A stretch of 64,000 bases of DNA, from the NCBI GenBank assembly GCA_965230915.1, contig OZ246395.1, positions 600,935 through 664,934 on the forward strand. The letters run 5' to 3'. This DNA is from an uncultured Candidatus Saccharibacteria bacterium. Lineage in GTDB: Bacteria > Patescibacteriota > WWE3 > 2-01-FULL-39-13. Below are positions 39,563 through 49,884 of the stretch, piece by piece; position 1 is the stretch's first letter, and the number at the start of each line of letters is the position of its first letter. Below the pieces are notes generated by a model. It worked only from the letters and a program-made list of their open reading frames with translations, was not told where the DNA came from and made no database searches. A program made the translations under genes and the position numbers.

Positions 39563-40475
39563 AATGATTGAGTAGCGTTCCGGTCAACATATAAATGTAT
39601 CCGTCCCGAATACCATACAAACCTGAAATTATCATTTGTTTTTCTTTAAGTCTAATTAAATGTCCAATATAATAAATTGTATATAAGTGGGAAAATACTA
39701 AAGTGAAAGTTAATTTCTGCCAAAAGGTCGCCCATTTTTTTATAAAAACAAAACGGTTTCGCATTAAATAATAAAATCTCCAAGGAGACCCACCCATATG
39801 TCTAACAGACATTTTAGAAAAATCCATTTTCGGAGATTTGTGATAAACCTTTAATTCGGTACATTGGAAAACTTCGTATTCTGCCTTTCGAACTTTTTCG
39901 GCATAATCAGCTTCTGAAAATGTTTGAACTATTTCATCAGAGAAACCACCTGTTTCTTTTAAAACTTTTAAGCGGGTAAAAAATGCATTTGGAACATCAT
40001 GTGTCTTCACTAAACCATTCTCCGATTCTATTTCATGCGAATTAACGCCTATAAAAGTTGTCTTGCCCGTATATTTATTAAAAATTGTCGGACCAAACTG
40101 AATTAAACTTGGATCATCAAAGTAGTAAGTAATACATCCTAAAATTCCGGTTTTTTCATTTTTGTTAAATTGAGTAATTGCTTTATCAAAGAAATCTGAA
40201 TCTTTTATTTCATTATCATCATCTATAAACAAAACAATTTCATGTTTTGCAGCACGCCAGCCTGCATTCCTACTTTTTATTAAACCTGATCGCCGCGGAT
40301 TTTTTATAAAATTTACTTTGTACTTTGAAAGAAGTTCATCTTTAAAATCTTCCTCTGAAAAATCATCTATTACAATAATTTCATATTCAGACTTAGGTGG
40401 ATTTATTTTAATACTTGCTAGTAAATCGAAGAGATTTTGCCTTCGATCTCGGGTTGTAATGACTATAGATATCAT
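39546..40475 (-). CDS. GT2 glycosyltransferase
   Basis: ISIVITTRDRRQNL...YEIIVIDDFSEED. Confidence 0.8.
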   Translation of the reverse strand: MISIVITTRDRRQNLFDLLASIKINPPKSEYEIIVIDDFSEEDFKDELLSKYKVNFIKNPRRSGLIKSRNAGWRAAKHEIVLFIDDDNEIKDSDFFDKAITQFNKNEKTGILGCITYYFDDPSLIQFGPTIFNKYTGKTTFIGVNSHEIESENGLVKTHDVPNAFFTRLKVLKETGGFSDEIVQTFSEADYAEKVRKAEYEVFQCTELKVYHKSPKMDFSKMSVRHMGGSPWRFYYLMRNRFVFIKKWATFWQKLTFTLVFSHLYTIYYIGHLIRLKEKQMIISGLYGIRDGYIYMLTGTLLNHYAEKN

Positions 40476-41308
40476 TTGCTTTGGATCTTATTAACATAAA
40501 ACCCTAGTTTATACGGCACCCCTTTTATAATAAGAAGCATAATAGAGCCCAAACTTGCTGTAACCAAGCCTTTTTTGAATAACCCAGTTCTGAAATGCTC
40601 TTTTTTATTTAGAAGTTCATCGTATTTGCCATATCTTGCACCTGTGCTGGTTTTCCCCCACCTATAAAACTTTTTCATCATTGGAAAAAGTTCATTAGGC
40701 TCTATGTGTCGAACGCACAAATCGGCATAACCTACTTTTTTAGAAATACTCCATGCCTCGTAATAAATAATTGCGTGGTCTTGCCCCCCAACTTTTTCTA
40801 AAATTTCATTTGGAATATTTTCGAATGCTCTTAATAGCAATTCTTTTTTATAAAAACGTGGCAAAACAACCCCTGTATAAGGGCTCAAATCTTTTATAGA
40901 GTTTATAAGCTGCCGATCATATTCAAATAATTTCTCTAAAAATTTTTTATTGCTATAGACAGTCTCTTCTAAAATTACCATGTCGAAACCTTGATTTACT
41001 TGATCAACACATTTTTCTAATGCATCTGGATCTAAAATCTGATCGCTATCTAGCATTAATACATATTCGCCATTAGCAGCCTTAGCACCTTCATATCTTG
41101 AAGCTAAAAGAGAACGCTTGTCGTGAATAATATTTTTGTACCCGAGGCTTTCAATTATTTCTACAGTTTTATCTTTAGATCCTCCGTCAATAAAATTTAA
41201 CTCAACATTTTTGTATGTCTGATTTTTAATCGCATCGAGACATAGTTTTATGAATTTTTCACTATTATAAGTAGGTATTGAAATCGTAATTAATGGCTGG
41301 TTATTCAT
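40472..41308 (-). CDS. GT2 glycosyltransferase
   Basis: ITISIPTYNSEKFIKLCLDAIKNQTY...FIDGGSKDKT...MLDSDQ. Confidence 0.85.
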   Translation of the reverse strand: MNNQPLITISIPTYNSEKFIKLCLDAIKNQTYKNVELNFIDGGSKDKTVEIIESLGYKNIIHDKRSLLASRYEGAKAANGEYVLMLDSDQILDPDALEKCVDQVNQGFDMVILEETVYSNKKFLEKLFEYDRQLINSIKDLSPYTGVVLPRFYKKELLLRAFENIPNEILEKVGGQDHAIIYYEAWSISKKVGYADLCVRHIEPNELFPMMKKFYRWGKTSTGARYGKYDELLNKKEHFRTGLFKKGLVTASLGSIMLLIIKGVPYKLGFYVNKIQSK

Positions 41309-41309
41309 A

Positions 41310-42434
41310 TTATTTAATAATATTATAAAACTTTTCCGAGTTTACATCCCAATCGAACTGTTTCGAATATTCAATTGAACTTTTACACATTTTTTCGTAA
41401 TCACCATTTAGAATTTTCTCGATTTTTGCTGACATGTCATCTACTGAATCGCTTTCGCACAAATAACCGCTAACACCATCTTTTACTGAGTCAACATTTC
41501 CGGGAACCCTAAATGCGACTACCGGAGTTCCTTGGCTATTTGCTTCAACATTAACCATTCCCCACCCTTCTTTATAGGAAGCATTTATTAATACATGTGA
41601 TGTTCTTAATAAATCTATTTTTTGCTCCTCTGTTATAAATCCTAAAAAAATTACTGAGCCTTCAATTTTTAGTGATTTACATTTTCCTTTTAGGAATTCT
41701 ATATATTCCGGTTCTCCTTTACCCGCAATTTGTAAAATTGCATCAGGGTTAGTTTCTTTAAACTTTTTAAAGACTTCGAGTGTAATTTCAATACCTTTCA
41801 TTTTTACGACCCTATTTAGAAAAACTAATGTTGTTCGCTTTTCTTTTTCGCACGGTTTATCTACAGGCTTTAAGTTCAAACAGTTTCTTACCAAGTTTAT
41901 ATTTTTCTCAGGAATTCCCAATTTAATTAATTCATCTACAATACTTTCTGCTCCAGTTACAACCTGTTTGTTTTTATATGGAATAAATATGAATTTTTCA
42001 GAAAGTGGACCTAGCACATTCGCCGGAAACTTAAACATCTGTCTCCAGATCACGCCAGCTACTTCATGAATATATAAAATTATCTTTGAGCTTGAAAAAA
42101 GTGGCGTAAAATAAGGCAAACCATGTACTTCGTCTATAACAACATCAAATTTGCCTAGTTTAAATAGATACTGATATAAGACTGAAAACCAGAATATCGG
42201 ATATGAATAAAATAATTGAAATTGGCTGCTTCTTTTTAGCGGAATACCGAGGTAAATAAACTTAATGCCTTCGGATTCTTCAGACTTGATGTGCTTATTA
42301 TATGTGGCTGAAACCCATACTATCTCAGCACCATGGTTCTTAACCCATCGCTTTGCATGCTGAAATGTTGCTATTTCAGCTCCGCCCGAGAGCGGATCAT
42401 TTATTGATCTCCAATTCAAAATTAAAATTCGCAC
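41310..42434 (-). CDS. GT4 glycosyltransferase
   Basis: KEGWGMVNVEANSQGTPVVAFRVPGNVDSVKDGVSG (EX7E). Confidence 0.8.
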   Translation of the reverse strand: MRILILNWRSINDPLSGGAEIATFQHAKRWVKNHGAEIVWVSATYNKHIKSEESEGIKFIYLGIPLKRSSQFQLFYSYPIFWFSVLYQYLFKLGKFDVVIDEVHGLPYFTPLFSSSKIILYIHEVAGVIWRQMFKFPANVLGPLSEKFIFIPYKNKQVVTGAESIVDELIKLGIPEKNINLVRNCLNLKPVDKPCEKEKRTTLVFLNRVVKMKGIEITLEVFKKFKETNPDAILQIAGKGEPEYIEFLKGKCKSLKIEGSVIFLGFITEEQKIDLLRTSHVLINASYKEGWGMVNVEANSQGTPVVAFRVPGNVDSVKDGVSGYLCESDSVDDMSAKIEKILNGDYEKMCKSSIEYSKQFDWDVNSEKFYNIIK

Positions 42435-42522
42435 GAGCTAATTTTACGGGATAACTGTGATTCTGCATAATATACTTTTATGTTTAATCTGTGTTATAAA
42501 AATATTATTATCCTGCCACAAA

Positions 42523-44598
42523 TATATGAAGTATAAAATTGAAAGATATCCATTCAATAAGGATTGCGTTGTTGCAATTACTATTGATGACCTACACCCC
42601 GAAAATAAAAATAATAAAAACAACCTAGACTTCGGATATGATTTCAATGAAAAATTTTGGAATCAAATTAAGAAAACAAAGCAATCAATTAGCGAAATAA
42701 AGTTTACAATTTTCACCGTAGCAAATTGGATCGATATTTCAGACTATCCATCTGGAATTCTTTTTCCTCTTCGTAAAATTTATCGAAAAAGACAATCATA
42801 CAAACAAAACACTTTTAACATCGAAGATGAAAAGTATAAAAACTGGATCGATACTTTAAATGAATTAAGTTCTGATGGGTCAATCGAATATGCCCTTCAT
42901 GGTTTGCATCACCATAATCCAAGTTTGGACGGAGCTCACAGCCAGGAATTCCTTAATCTAGATAAAAATACTTTCATCAAAACAATCGAAGACATGATTA
43001 AAAGCTTCAAGAAAAGCGGACTAAACTTTGCAAAAGGTTTTCGCCCACCAGGATGGGGATTAAATATTGAGAAAATAAAGTGGTTAGAAGACACAAAAAT
43101 AAATTATATTGCTGCATCATCAGACTTTAAAACTCCAATTAAAGAAACCCTAACAAATGCCACAGGTTTAAAGAATGTAAATTTATATGAACCTACAGAA
43201 TATAATAAAATCCTGAACTTTAATGCAAATTGTTACCCGAATCAATATAAGCGAGCTATAGAAATTGCAAGACAAAACGGAATTATTATAATTCACTGCC
43301 ATATAGCCCCGACAGAATTTGGTCTAAAATACGTTGATAAAAATTTCACAAAAAACATTTCTAAAGTAGTCAGAGAGATCAAATATCAAACTGGAAAATC
43401 TATATGGTTCGCAACATTATCAGAAATCTATAACCATTTTGAAAATCTAAAAAACATAAGACACAGTGTTACTAATAATAGAATTAGAATTGAAAACTTA
43501 TCAGACAAAGAAATAAGCGGACTAACTTTAACAATAAATAACCGAAAGCACGTAATTAATAAAATAGCACCTCGACAAGAAATCGAAATCGACCCAGCAT
43601 CTTATCGGCTAGAGCCCATAAAAGTTTCTGCAATTCTTACTGTTTATAATGGGGCCCAAAATGTGATTCCATCTCTTCAAAGCTTATGTGACCAAAACTA
43701 TAAGAATCTCGAAATAATTGTTGTAAATGACGGATCGACCGACAACACCGCCTCGGTTTTAAGCGACTATGTAAGAACGAGTGGCGACACAAGAATAAAA
43801 CTAATTACCCAACAAAATGGCGGTCGATCAAAGGCCCGCAATACAGGATTTAATATGTCTTCTGGCGAAATTATTACATTTTGTGAAGATGACGCGCTTT
43901 ATACAAAAGACTATATAAAACGCGGTATATCCCATTTTAGGCAGCCTAATCGAAAACTCGGAGGTGTTATCGGCCCGCACTATGTCTGGAACCGAGATGA
44001 TAGCCTTAATACCATCGCAAAAGACATAGAACGCCGTCGAAATTTCGACAATTATAAGCCAAAATCATGCTGGTTCTACCGACGAGAAGTTTTTGAAAGT
44101 ATAGGTCTGTTTAATGAAAGCTTAGAGCTAGTAGAAGATGTCGAACCAGCCATTAAGCTTGCAAAAGAAGGCTATTTTTTCGAATTTGAGCCAGCCTCAA
44201 TCTGGCTTCATAGGGAACCTGCAGACCTTTTAAAATACCTTCGTAGAAAATATCGGGGAGGAGTCGGAATGGCTTTAATGCAGAAAGTAGGCATGCGTGA
44301 CACAATCGTTCCGGTTGAGTATATTGCAATAGCCATTGCAGCAGCTGCGGTGGTTTTTATAACATTATTAACCTCGCCCTTTCTATTTGCATTGTTATTA
44401 AGTTTTGCCCCGGCTGTATTACTTTTAATCAGATTCAAAGATTACGTTAAAGCAATCAGGCTTTCACCCGATCCAATATACATAACGTTATTATCCATAT
44501 ATATAGAATATATATGGTGGGTAGCAACATTATCTGGATATGTTCGAGGACTTTTCATGACTCCGAATCAAATTAATAAATATCTTAAAGGCCGTTAA
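42523..44598 (+). CDS. fusion protein: N-terminal polysaccharide-deacetylase-like domain, a GT2 domain, and a C-terminal TM region
   Basis: The ATG at 42523 (MKYKIERYPF) is preferred over the listed GTG at 42457. Residues ~370-600 read VSAILTVYNGAQNVIPSLQSLCDQNYKNLEIIVVNDGSTDNT...FCEDDALY (GT2). The C-terminal 110 aa are hydrophobic. Confidence 0.6.
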   Translation, partial: YMKYKIERYPFNKDCVVAITIDDLHPENKNNKNNLDFGYDFNEKFWNQIKKTKQSISEIKFTIFTVANWIDISDYPSGILFPLRKIYRKRQSYKQNTFNIEDEKYKNWIDTLNELSSDGSIEYALHGLHHHNPSLDGAHSQEFLNLDKNTFIKTIEDMIKSFKKSGLNFAKGFRPPGWGLNIEKIKWLEDTKINYIAASSDFKTPIKETLTNATGLKNVNLYEPTEYNKILNFNANCYPNQYKRAIEIARQNGIIIIHCHIAPTEFGLKYVDKNFTKNISKVVREIKYQTGKSIWFATLSEIYNHFENLKNIRHSVTNNRIRIENLSDKEISGLTLTINNRKHVINKIAPRQEIEIDPASYRLEPIKVSAILTVYNGAQNVIPSLQSLCDQNYKNLEIIVVNDGSTDNTASVLSDYVRTSGDTRIKLITQQNGGRSKARNTGFNMSSGEIITFCEDDALYTKDYIKRGISHFRQPNRKLGGVIGPHYVWNRDDSLNTIAKDIERRRNFDNYKPKSCWFYRREVFESIGLFNESLELVEDVEPAIKLAKEGYFFEFEPASIWLHREPADLLKYLRRKYRGGVGMALMQKVGMRDTIVPVEYIAIAIAAAAVVFITLLTSPFLFALLLSFAPAVLLLIRFKDYVKAIRLSPDPIYITLLSIYIEYIWWVATLSGYVRGLFMTPNQINKYLKGR

Positions 44599-44628
44599 GG
44601 CAAAATATTTTGATAGAATGAATCAAGA

Positions 44629-45438
44629 ATGGATAATCCAAAAGTAAGTGTAATAATTCCGGTTTATAACGCAGAAAAATACATTGGGGAGGCCGTTGAT
44701 AGCATTTTAAGACAGACTTTTAAAGATTTTGAAATTATTATTCTTGACGACGCTTCAACAGATAAAACACCCGAAATAATTTCATCATATAAAGACGACC
44801 GAATAAAAGTTTATAGAAACGAAAAGAATTTATATATTGCGGGCAATCGAAATAAAGGTGTTGCATTGTCAAAAGGCAAATACATCATGTGGCAAGATGC
44901 CGACGATATTTCAATGCCAGATCGAATGGAAGTTCAATATAATTTAATGGAATCCAACCCCAAAATTGGCATCTGCGGATCATACTTAGAGATTTTTGAT
45001 GAAGGAGGAACTTCCCATATAAGAAAATATAAAACTAACGATAAAGAAGTCAGGCGAACAATCTTTAGATACTCACCGGTCGCACAACCTTCGGCAATGA
45101 TTCGCAAAGAGTGTTTTGATAAGTTTGGGTTATATAGTTTAGATATGCCGCCTGCTGAAGATATAGAAATGTCATTCAGAATTGGACAAGAATATGAATT
45201 TGCAAATATACCACGTCCACTTATCAGATATAGAGTCCATAATAAGTCAGCTACTTTTGCAAAATTAAAACAAACTGAAAACAATACACTAATAACCCGC
45301 CAAAGATTTAAGAATAATCTTGCTTACAATTATACATTCAATGATTCTGTCTATAACTTAATACAAAAAATCACACTAGATTTAATGCCGTCTGAATTTC
45401 GAATTCATTTATTTAATTTTATTAGGAGATTTATATGA
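44629..45438 (+). CDS. GT2 glycosyltransferase
   Basis: VSVIIPVYNAEKYIGEAVDSILRQTFKDFEIIILDDASTDKT...WQDADD. Confidence 0.85.
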   Translation: MDNPKVSVIIPVYNAEKYIGEAVDSILRQTFKDFEIIILDDASTDKTPEIISSYKDDRIKVYRNEKNLYIAGNRNKGVALSKGKYIMWQDADDISMPDRMEVQYNLMESNPKIGICGSYLEIFDEGGTSHIRKYKTNDKEVRRTIFRYSPVAQPSAMIRKECFDKFGLYSLDMPPAEDIEMSFRIGQEYEFANIPRPLIRYRVHNKSATFAKLKQTENNTLITRQRFKNNLAYNYTFNDSVYNLIQKITLDLMPSEFRIHLFNFIRRFI

Positions 45439-46310
45439 TACGCGTAATACTTATGGGCGGACTCGGCAATCAAATGTTTCAGTATGCAGCTGCAAAATCC
45501 TTGGCTATAAAGAATAATACTGATTTATATTTAGACTTAAGTTTTTTAAATACACGCCTTCCAATTAAAGGTTTTACAATTAGAAATTATGAACTTGACC
45601 TCTTTAAAGTACAAGATCAAACAGGTACGTTTTTTGGCGTTAACTTTTTGGATAAATATTTTTCTTACGCAACGGAACACTTTATAAATAAATACTTAAA
45701 CCCCGGCTACTATATAGAAGGGCCTAACCCATATGAATTTAATGAAAAATTTTTTAGTCTTGGACCGGAAACAACATTAAACGGCTATTTCAATAATCCA
45801 AAATATTTTGAACCATACGAAAATGAGATTAGAAGAGTATTCGATTTAGGCAAATTCTATGATGCCAAATACAACAAAATCGAAAGCAAAATTAAGGACA
45901 CCGAGTCAGTCTCGATAAATATCCGGCGCGGAGATTATCTAAATAGCAAACATAAAGATATTTTCGCATTCCTTGATGAAAACTATTATAAGCAAGCTAT
46001 AGATGAAATTCGAAAAAGAATAAAAAGCCCACATTTTTTTGTGTTTTCGTACGATGATCCTGAATGGTTTGAAAAGACATTTAAAATGGATAACTCAGAA
46101 TATACAATGATGGGTAAAGAGTATGTCGGTGATAAGTTTAAGACATATCTACGGCTTATTTCTCTTTGTAAAAATAATATTATAAGCAATAGCACCTTTG
46201 CTTGGTGGGGAGCTTACCTTAATAAAAATGACGATAAATTTGTTGTATCTCCGGTTAGATGGATGAATAAATATGATTTTGATGTTCCTAATAATTGGAT
46301 AAAAATATAA
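45435..46310 (+). CDS. GT11 alpha-1,2-fucosyltransferase
   Basis: All three GT11 motifs are present: N-terminal GGLGNQMFQYA, SINIRRGDY (HxRRxD), and SNSTFAWWGAYL. Confidence 0.85.
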   Translation: MIRVILMGGLGNQMFQYAAAKSLAIKNNTDLYLDLSFLNTRLPIKGFTIRNYELDLFKVQDQTGTFFGVNFLDKYFSYATEHFINKYLNPGYYIEGPNPYEFNEKFFSLGPETTLNGYFNNPKYFEPYENEIRRVFDLGKFYDAKYNKIESKIKDTESVSINIRRGDYLNSKHKDIFAFLDENYYKQAIDEIRKRIKSPHFFVFSYDDPEWFEKTFKMDNSEYTMMGKEYVGDKFKTYLRLISLCKNNIISNSTFAWWGAYLNKNDDKFVVSPVRWMNKYDFDVPNNWIKI

Positions 46311-46311
46311 G

Positions 46312-47172
46312 ATGAATCCGAACGAAATAATAAATACTTCCTTAGCTCATCCTGACAAAAATGGCATCTGGGTTTCTAAATCCAGTTTACAAAAAACCGA
46401 CCTTAATACTCTCGAAACTTGGCAGGGAATTTATGGATTTGATGATACAAAATTTATAGAGGATCGAGAAAATTTCTTTAAAAATAAACTAGACGACCAT
46501 TTAAAATACATACTTCCAACTTATAAATTTAATTCAAATACTGTTTATCTTGAAATCGGATGTGGCCCTTCATATATAGCGGAATATCTCATGAAAAATT
46601 TCGATGTGACTTTTGTCGGAATTGATTTTAACTACAATATTTTATTAGAAATAAAAAAATATTTCGAAAAAGTTGGCTTAAAAAAATTTATTTTAATTCA
46701 AGCAGATATAAATGAAATGCCGTTAAATAAAAATTCAATAGATTTTATTTATGGTGCCGGCGTAATTGAGCATATCTCAAATACATCGGGAATTTTAAAA
46801 GATATACACAAAATTCTGAAACCAAACGGAGTTAGTTTTAATACAGTTCCTGCATTTAATTTATGGTGGATATTAAGGTTTTACAATAATATTCCATTTA
46901 CACCAGTTTTAAGAAGCTTTTTTGAGTTTTTTCATATAAAGCTTCTCAACTATTCGATTCTAAAAAAATTTTATGGATACGAATTGAGTTATACTAAAGA
47001 TTTACTATTAAAGCTTCACAGTAATGCAGGATTTAAGAACATACATACAGATCAATTCGCAATAAGTCCTTCAAAAAAATTCTCAAAGAATAAACTTTTT
47101 GTTGATATCTATATGAAATTATCGAATAATAGCTTAACTAGTCCCGTATATTGTGTTTATGGTACAAAATGA
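46312..47172 (+). CDS. class I SAM-dependent methyltransferase
   Basis: LEIGCGPSYIAEYL...GIDF...FIYGAGVIEHI. Confidence 0.7.
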   Translation: MNPNEIINTSLAHPDKNGIWVSKSSLQKTDLNTLETWQGIYGFDDTKFIEDRENFFKNKLDDHLKYILPTYKFNSNTVYLEIGCGPSYIAEYLMKNFDVTFVGIDFNYNILLEIKKYFEKVGLKKFILIQADINEMPLNKNSIDFIYGAGVIEHISNTSGILKDIHKILKPNGVSFNTVPAFNLWWILRFYNNIPFTPVLRSFFEFFHIKLLNYSILKKFYGYELSYTKDLLLKLHSNAGFKNIHTDQFAISPSKKFSKNKLFVDIYMKLSNNSLTSPVYCVYGTK

Positions 47173-48221
47173 AAATTGCCTATTTTATTCCTCACACAAA
47201 TACAATTTATGCCGGAAGAACAATAAATGCTGGTTACAGAAATGCGTTCAAAGACCTCGGCCATGAATTCGAATTCCTAACAGCTGACCACAATCAAAAA
47301 GAATTTTACGATGATTTTTCTCCGGATATTTTATTTACAGGACTAAACTCATACGTACTCAAATTTTTAGACCTAAATTTACTAAAAAAACAGAAATCAA
47401 AAGGTACAAAGGTATTTGTAAGCATGCCTTTATGGATTTCGCCAATGGCATCATCAAGAATAAATGAAACTCCCGGGATGAGCACTAAAAGTGAGTGGAT
47501 AGACCTAATTAAATCAGATAACTTTGGAGATGTTTACTTCAATGCAATCGAAGAAAACGATGAAAGAATGCAGGGGTTCGAAAAAACTACGGGATATAAG
47601 CATTATACGATTCCACTGGCCGCCGATAAATTAAATATATACCCCGAATACTCAGAAAAATTCAAATCTGATATTTCGTACATCGGCACGTACCTTCCGG
47701 AGAAAAGGAATTTCATACAAAATCAGGTTTTTCCACTAAAAAACAAATATGATCTACAGTTATATGGCCAAGATTGGACGTTCTCAGACCGGTCATTCGG
47801 CTTTATCAGTAAGATAGGAAAATATTTTAACTTACCAATAATAAAAGACATACAAAAGCCAAAGCTTAATCTCGATGATGAAAGAAAAATTTATACTTCT
47901 TCACAGATTTCTATAAATATTCATGAAGACTATCAAAAAAAATACGGCGGTGATTGTAATGAACGAACATTTAAAATTCCGCTTGCTAGAGGATTTCAAA
48001 TCTCAGACGATGTAGCTTGCATTAAAAAATATTTCGAAGACGGTAAAGAAATCATAATTGCAAAAGATAAAAAAGAATGGTTTGATAAGATAGATTATTA
48101 TATGAAAAACCCCGATAAAAGGGACTTAATAATAGAAGCGGGACATAAAAAAGTTATGGAACACCACACATATCATAATCGGGTTCAAAGCTTATTAAAT
48201 ATATATGGAAGACTCAAATAA
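47169..48221 (+). CDS. CgeB-like (DUF3880 / GT1-like C-terminal domain) protein
   Basis: The start is probably MKIAYFIP (an ATGA overlap with the upstream stop). The C-terminus IIIAKDKKEWFDKIDYYMKNPDKRDLIIEAGHKKVMEHHTYHNRVQSL matches the CgeB-family tail. Confidence 0.5.
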   Translation: MKIAYFIPHTNTIYAGRTINAGYRNAFKDLGHEFEFLTADHNQKEFYDDFSPDILFTGLNSYVLKFLDLNLLKKQKSKGTKVFVSMPLWISPMASSRINETPGMSTKSEWIDLIKSDNFGDVYFNAIEENDERMQGFEKTTGYKHYTIPLAADKLNIYPEYSEKFKSDISYIGTYLPEKRNFIQNQVFPLKNKYDLQLYGQDWTFSDRSFGFISKIGKYFNLPIIKDIQKPKLNLDDERKIYTSSQISINIHEDYQKKYGGDCNERTFKIPLARGFQISDDVACIKKYFEDGKEIIIAKDKKEWFDKIDYYMKNPDKRDLIIEAGHKKVMEHHTYHNRVQSLLNIYGRLK

Positions 48222-48810
48222 AGTAATACTAAATCTGGGCTGTGGAACCACACGTATCCCCGGCACAATAGGTGTTGATAAATTCAAAATTGGCGATTTT
48301 GTAGATGTTATACACGACCTGAACATTACGCCCTACCCTTTCGAAGATAATTCTATAGATAAGATACATATGTACCATGTTTTAGAACACCTTAATAATC
48401 CCCTAGAAAAGATGGAAGAATTACATCGTATTTTAAAGCCAGGTGGGAAGCTTTATATAAGAGTTCCACATTTTTCATCAATGGGAGCATTTTCAGATAT
48501 TACACATATAAGGCCATTTGGCTACACAAGCTTCGACTACTTTCAACCACATACATATCATAATTTCTATACTAAAAAGCGCTTCAGTATATTAAAAAAG
48601 GAAATAAAATACTTTGGCCTCTATCCGAATTCAGGAACTTATGAAAAATATGTTCACAATAATAAGTGTCACCCGGTAGCTCGTCCTTTTGTTTTAGCAA
48701 TAAATTTTCTAGTAAAGCTTTCCCCCATACTATTTGAAAGATTCTGGTGCTACTGGGTCGGTGGAGCAACCGAGATAGTCATTAACCTACAAAAAAATGA
48801 ACAATCATAA
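48205..48810 (+). CDS. class I SAM-dependent methyltransferase (Methyltransf_11-like)
   Basis: ILNLGCGTTRIPGTIGVDKF...HMYHVLEHL...ILKPGGKLYIRVP. Confidence 0.8.
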   Translation: MEDSNKVILNLGCGTTRIPGTIGVDKFKIGDFVDVIHDLNITPYPFEDNSIDKIHMYHVLEHLNNPLEKMEELHRILKPGGKLYIRVPHFSSMGAFSDITHIRPFGYTSFDYFQPHTYHNFYTKKRFSILKKEIKYFGLYPNSGTYEKYVHNNKCHPVARPFVLAINFLVKLSPILFERFWCYWVGGATEIVINLQKNEQS

Positions 48811-49852
48811 TGATAAGAAAATATTAACCATAGCGATTCCAGCATATGGACGGCCAAATACTCTGGAGACAATAATCAAACAATTCCAAAATGAAGATGT
48901 ATCAAAGTTTAATTTGTTGATTTGCGATGATGCTTCTCCTAATGACCTTACAGATACAGTTAAAAAATATCTTTCACAAATGCCGAATCTAAAGTTTATT
49001 AGAAACGAAAAAAACTTGGGCTTTAGCGGCAATGTTTGCAAGCTATACGACTTAGCCGAAACTGACTTTATTTGGTTTGTATGTGACGATGATACGATCA
49101 TTCCTGGTTGTGTTACAAAGATAGTAGAATCCCTAATAAAATATAATCCAACAGTCGCTGTTTATAACCATATTTGGACAAACCCATATGGAATTGAAGG
49201 AACCGCCGGAGTTAAGGCTGATGTTATTTATCACAACGAAAACGAAGTAAAAGACTATAACGATATAATGCGTATGACATTTTTGTCGACCTTAGTTTTA
49301 AAAAAACTCCTAACGTCTGAAGAAATAAGAAAGACAGAATATACTTCTAATGTCTTTATTCAAATCTCACTAGCATTGATTTTATTAAGCAATAAATTCG
49401 TGTACGCCCAAATTGCTACCCCAGTTATATATAGACATGTTGGTTATAAATATGGGGAATTCTTTAAATTCTCAACCGTCGACCATTTACGATCTATTTT
49501 CGCAATAAATCACACACTGGATAATAAAAAGTTTCTAGAATGGGCAAGGAAACAAATTCCTACAAATTTTAAATTATATATGTCCCAAAAACTGGGAATG
49601 TTTAAATATAGCCCAGTTCCGCCTTCAAAACGAACAATAAAAGAAATCGTAAAATATTATGGACTAGCAAGTTTCTTTATCTTTATGTATATACCAATAT
49701 ATTTTCTTACTCCGACATTTATTCTTAAGCGAATTTATAAATTATTTTTAAATGAATATCATGATAAAGAAACAGCAAAGAAAATATATGAACAAAATAT
49801 AAATCGTGCTTTTAAAGATAATAGAGAAACTGGCTTTACAGAATATAGATAG
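48797..49852 (+). CDS. GT2-like glycosyltransferase
   Basis: ILTIAIPAYGRPNTLETIIKQFQNEDVSKFNLLICDDASPND...FVCDDD. Confidence 0.6.
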   Translation: MNNHNDKKILTIAIPAYGRPNTLETIIKQFQNEDVSKFNLLICDDASPNDLTDTVKKYLSQMPNLKFIRNEKNLGFSGNVCKLYDLAETDFIWFVCDDDTIIPGCVTKIVESLIKYNPTVAVYNHIWTNPYGIEGTAGVKADVIYHNENEVKDYNDIMRMTFLSTLVLKKLLTSEEIRKTEYTSNVFIQISLALILLSNKFVYAQIATPVIYRHVGYKYGEFFKFSTVDHLRSIFAINHTLDNKKFLEWARKQIPTNFKLYMSQKLGMFKYSPVPPSKRTIKEIVKYYGLASFFIFMYIPIYFLTPTFILKRIYKLFLNEYHDKETAKKIYEQNINRAFKDNRETGFTEYR

Positions 49853-49884
49853 ATTTTATGATAAACTGATTTTATTCCTCTGCC

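Noticed and set aside
42457-42522. GTG start at 42457 for the deacetylase-GT2 fusion gene
   Set aside because: The 22 N-terminal codons it adds (MILHNILLCLICVIKILLSCHKY) look like read-through of the AT-rich promoter region. The ATG at 42523 gives a normal N-terminus. Similarly, the GTG at 18190 is rejected in favour of the ATG at 18232.
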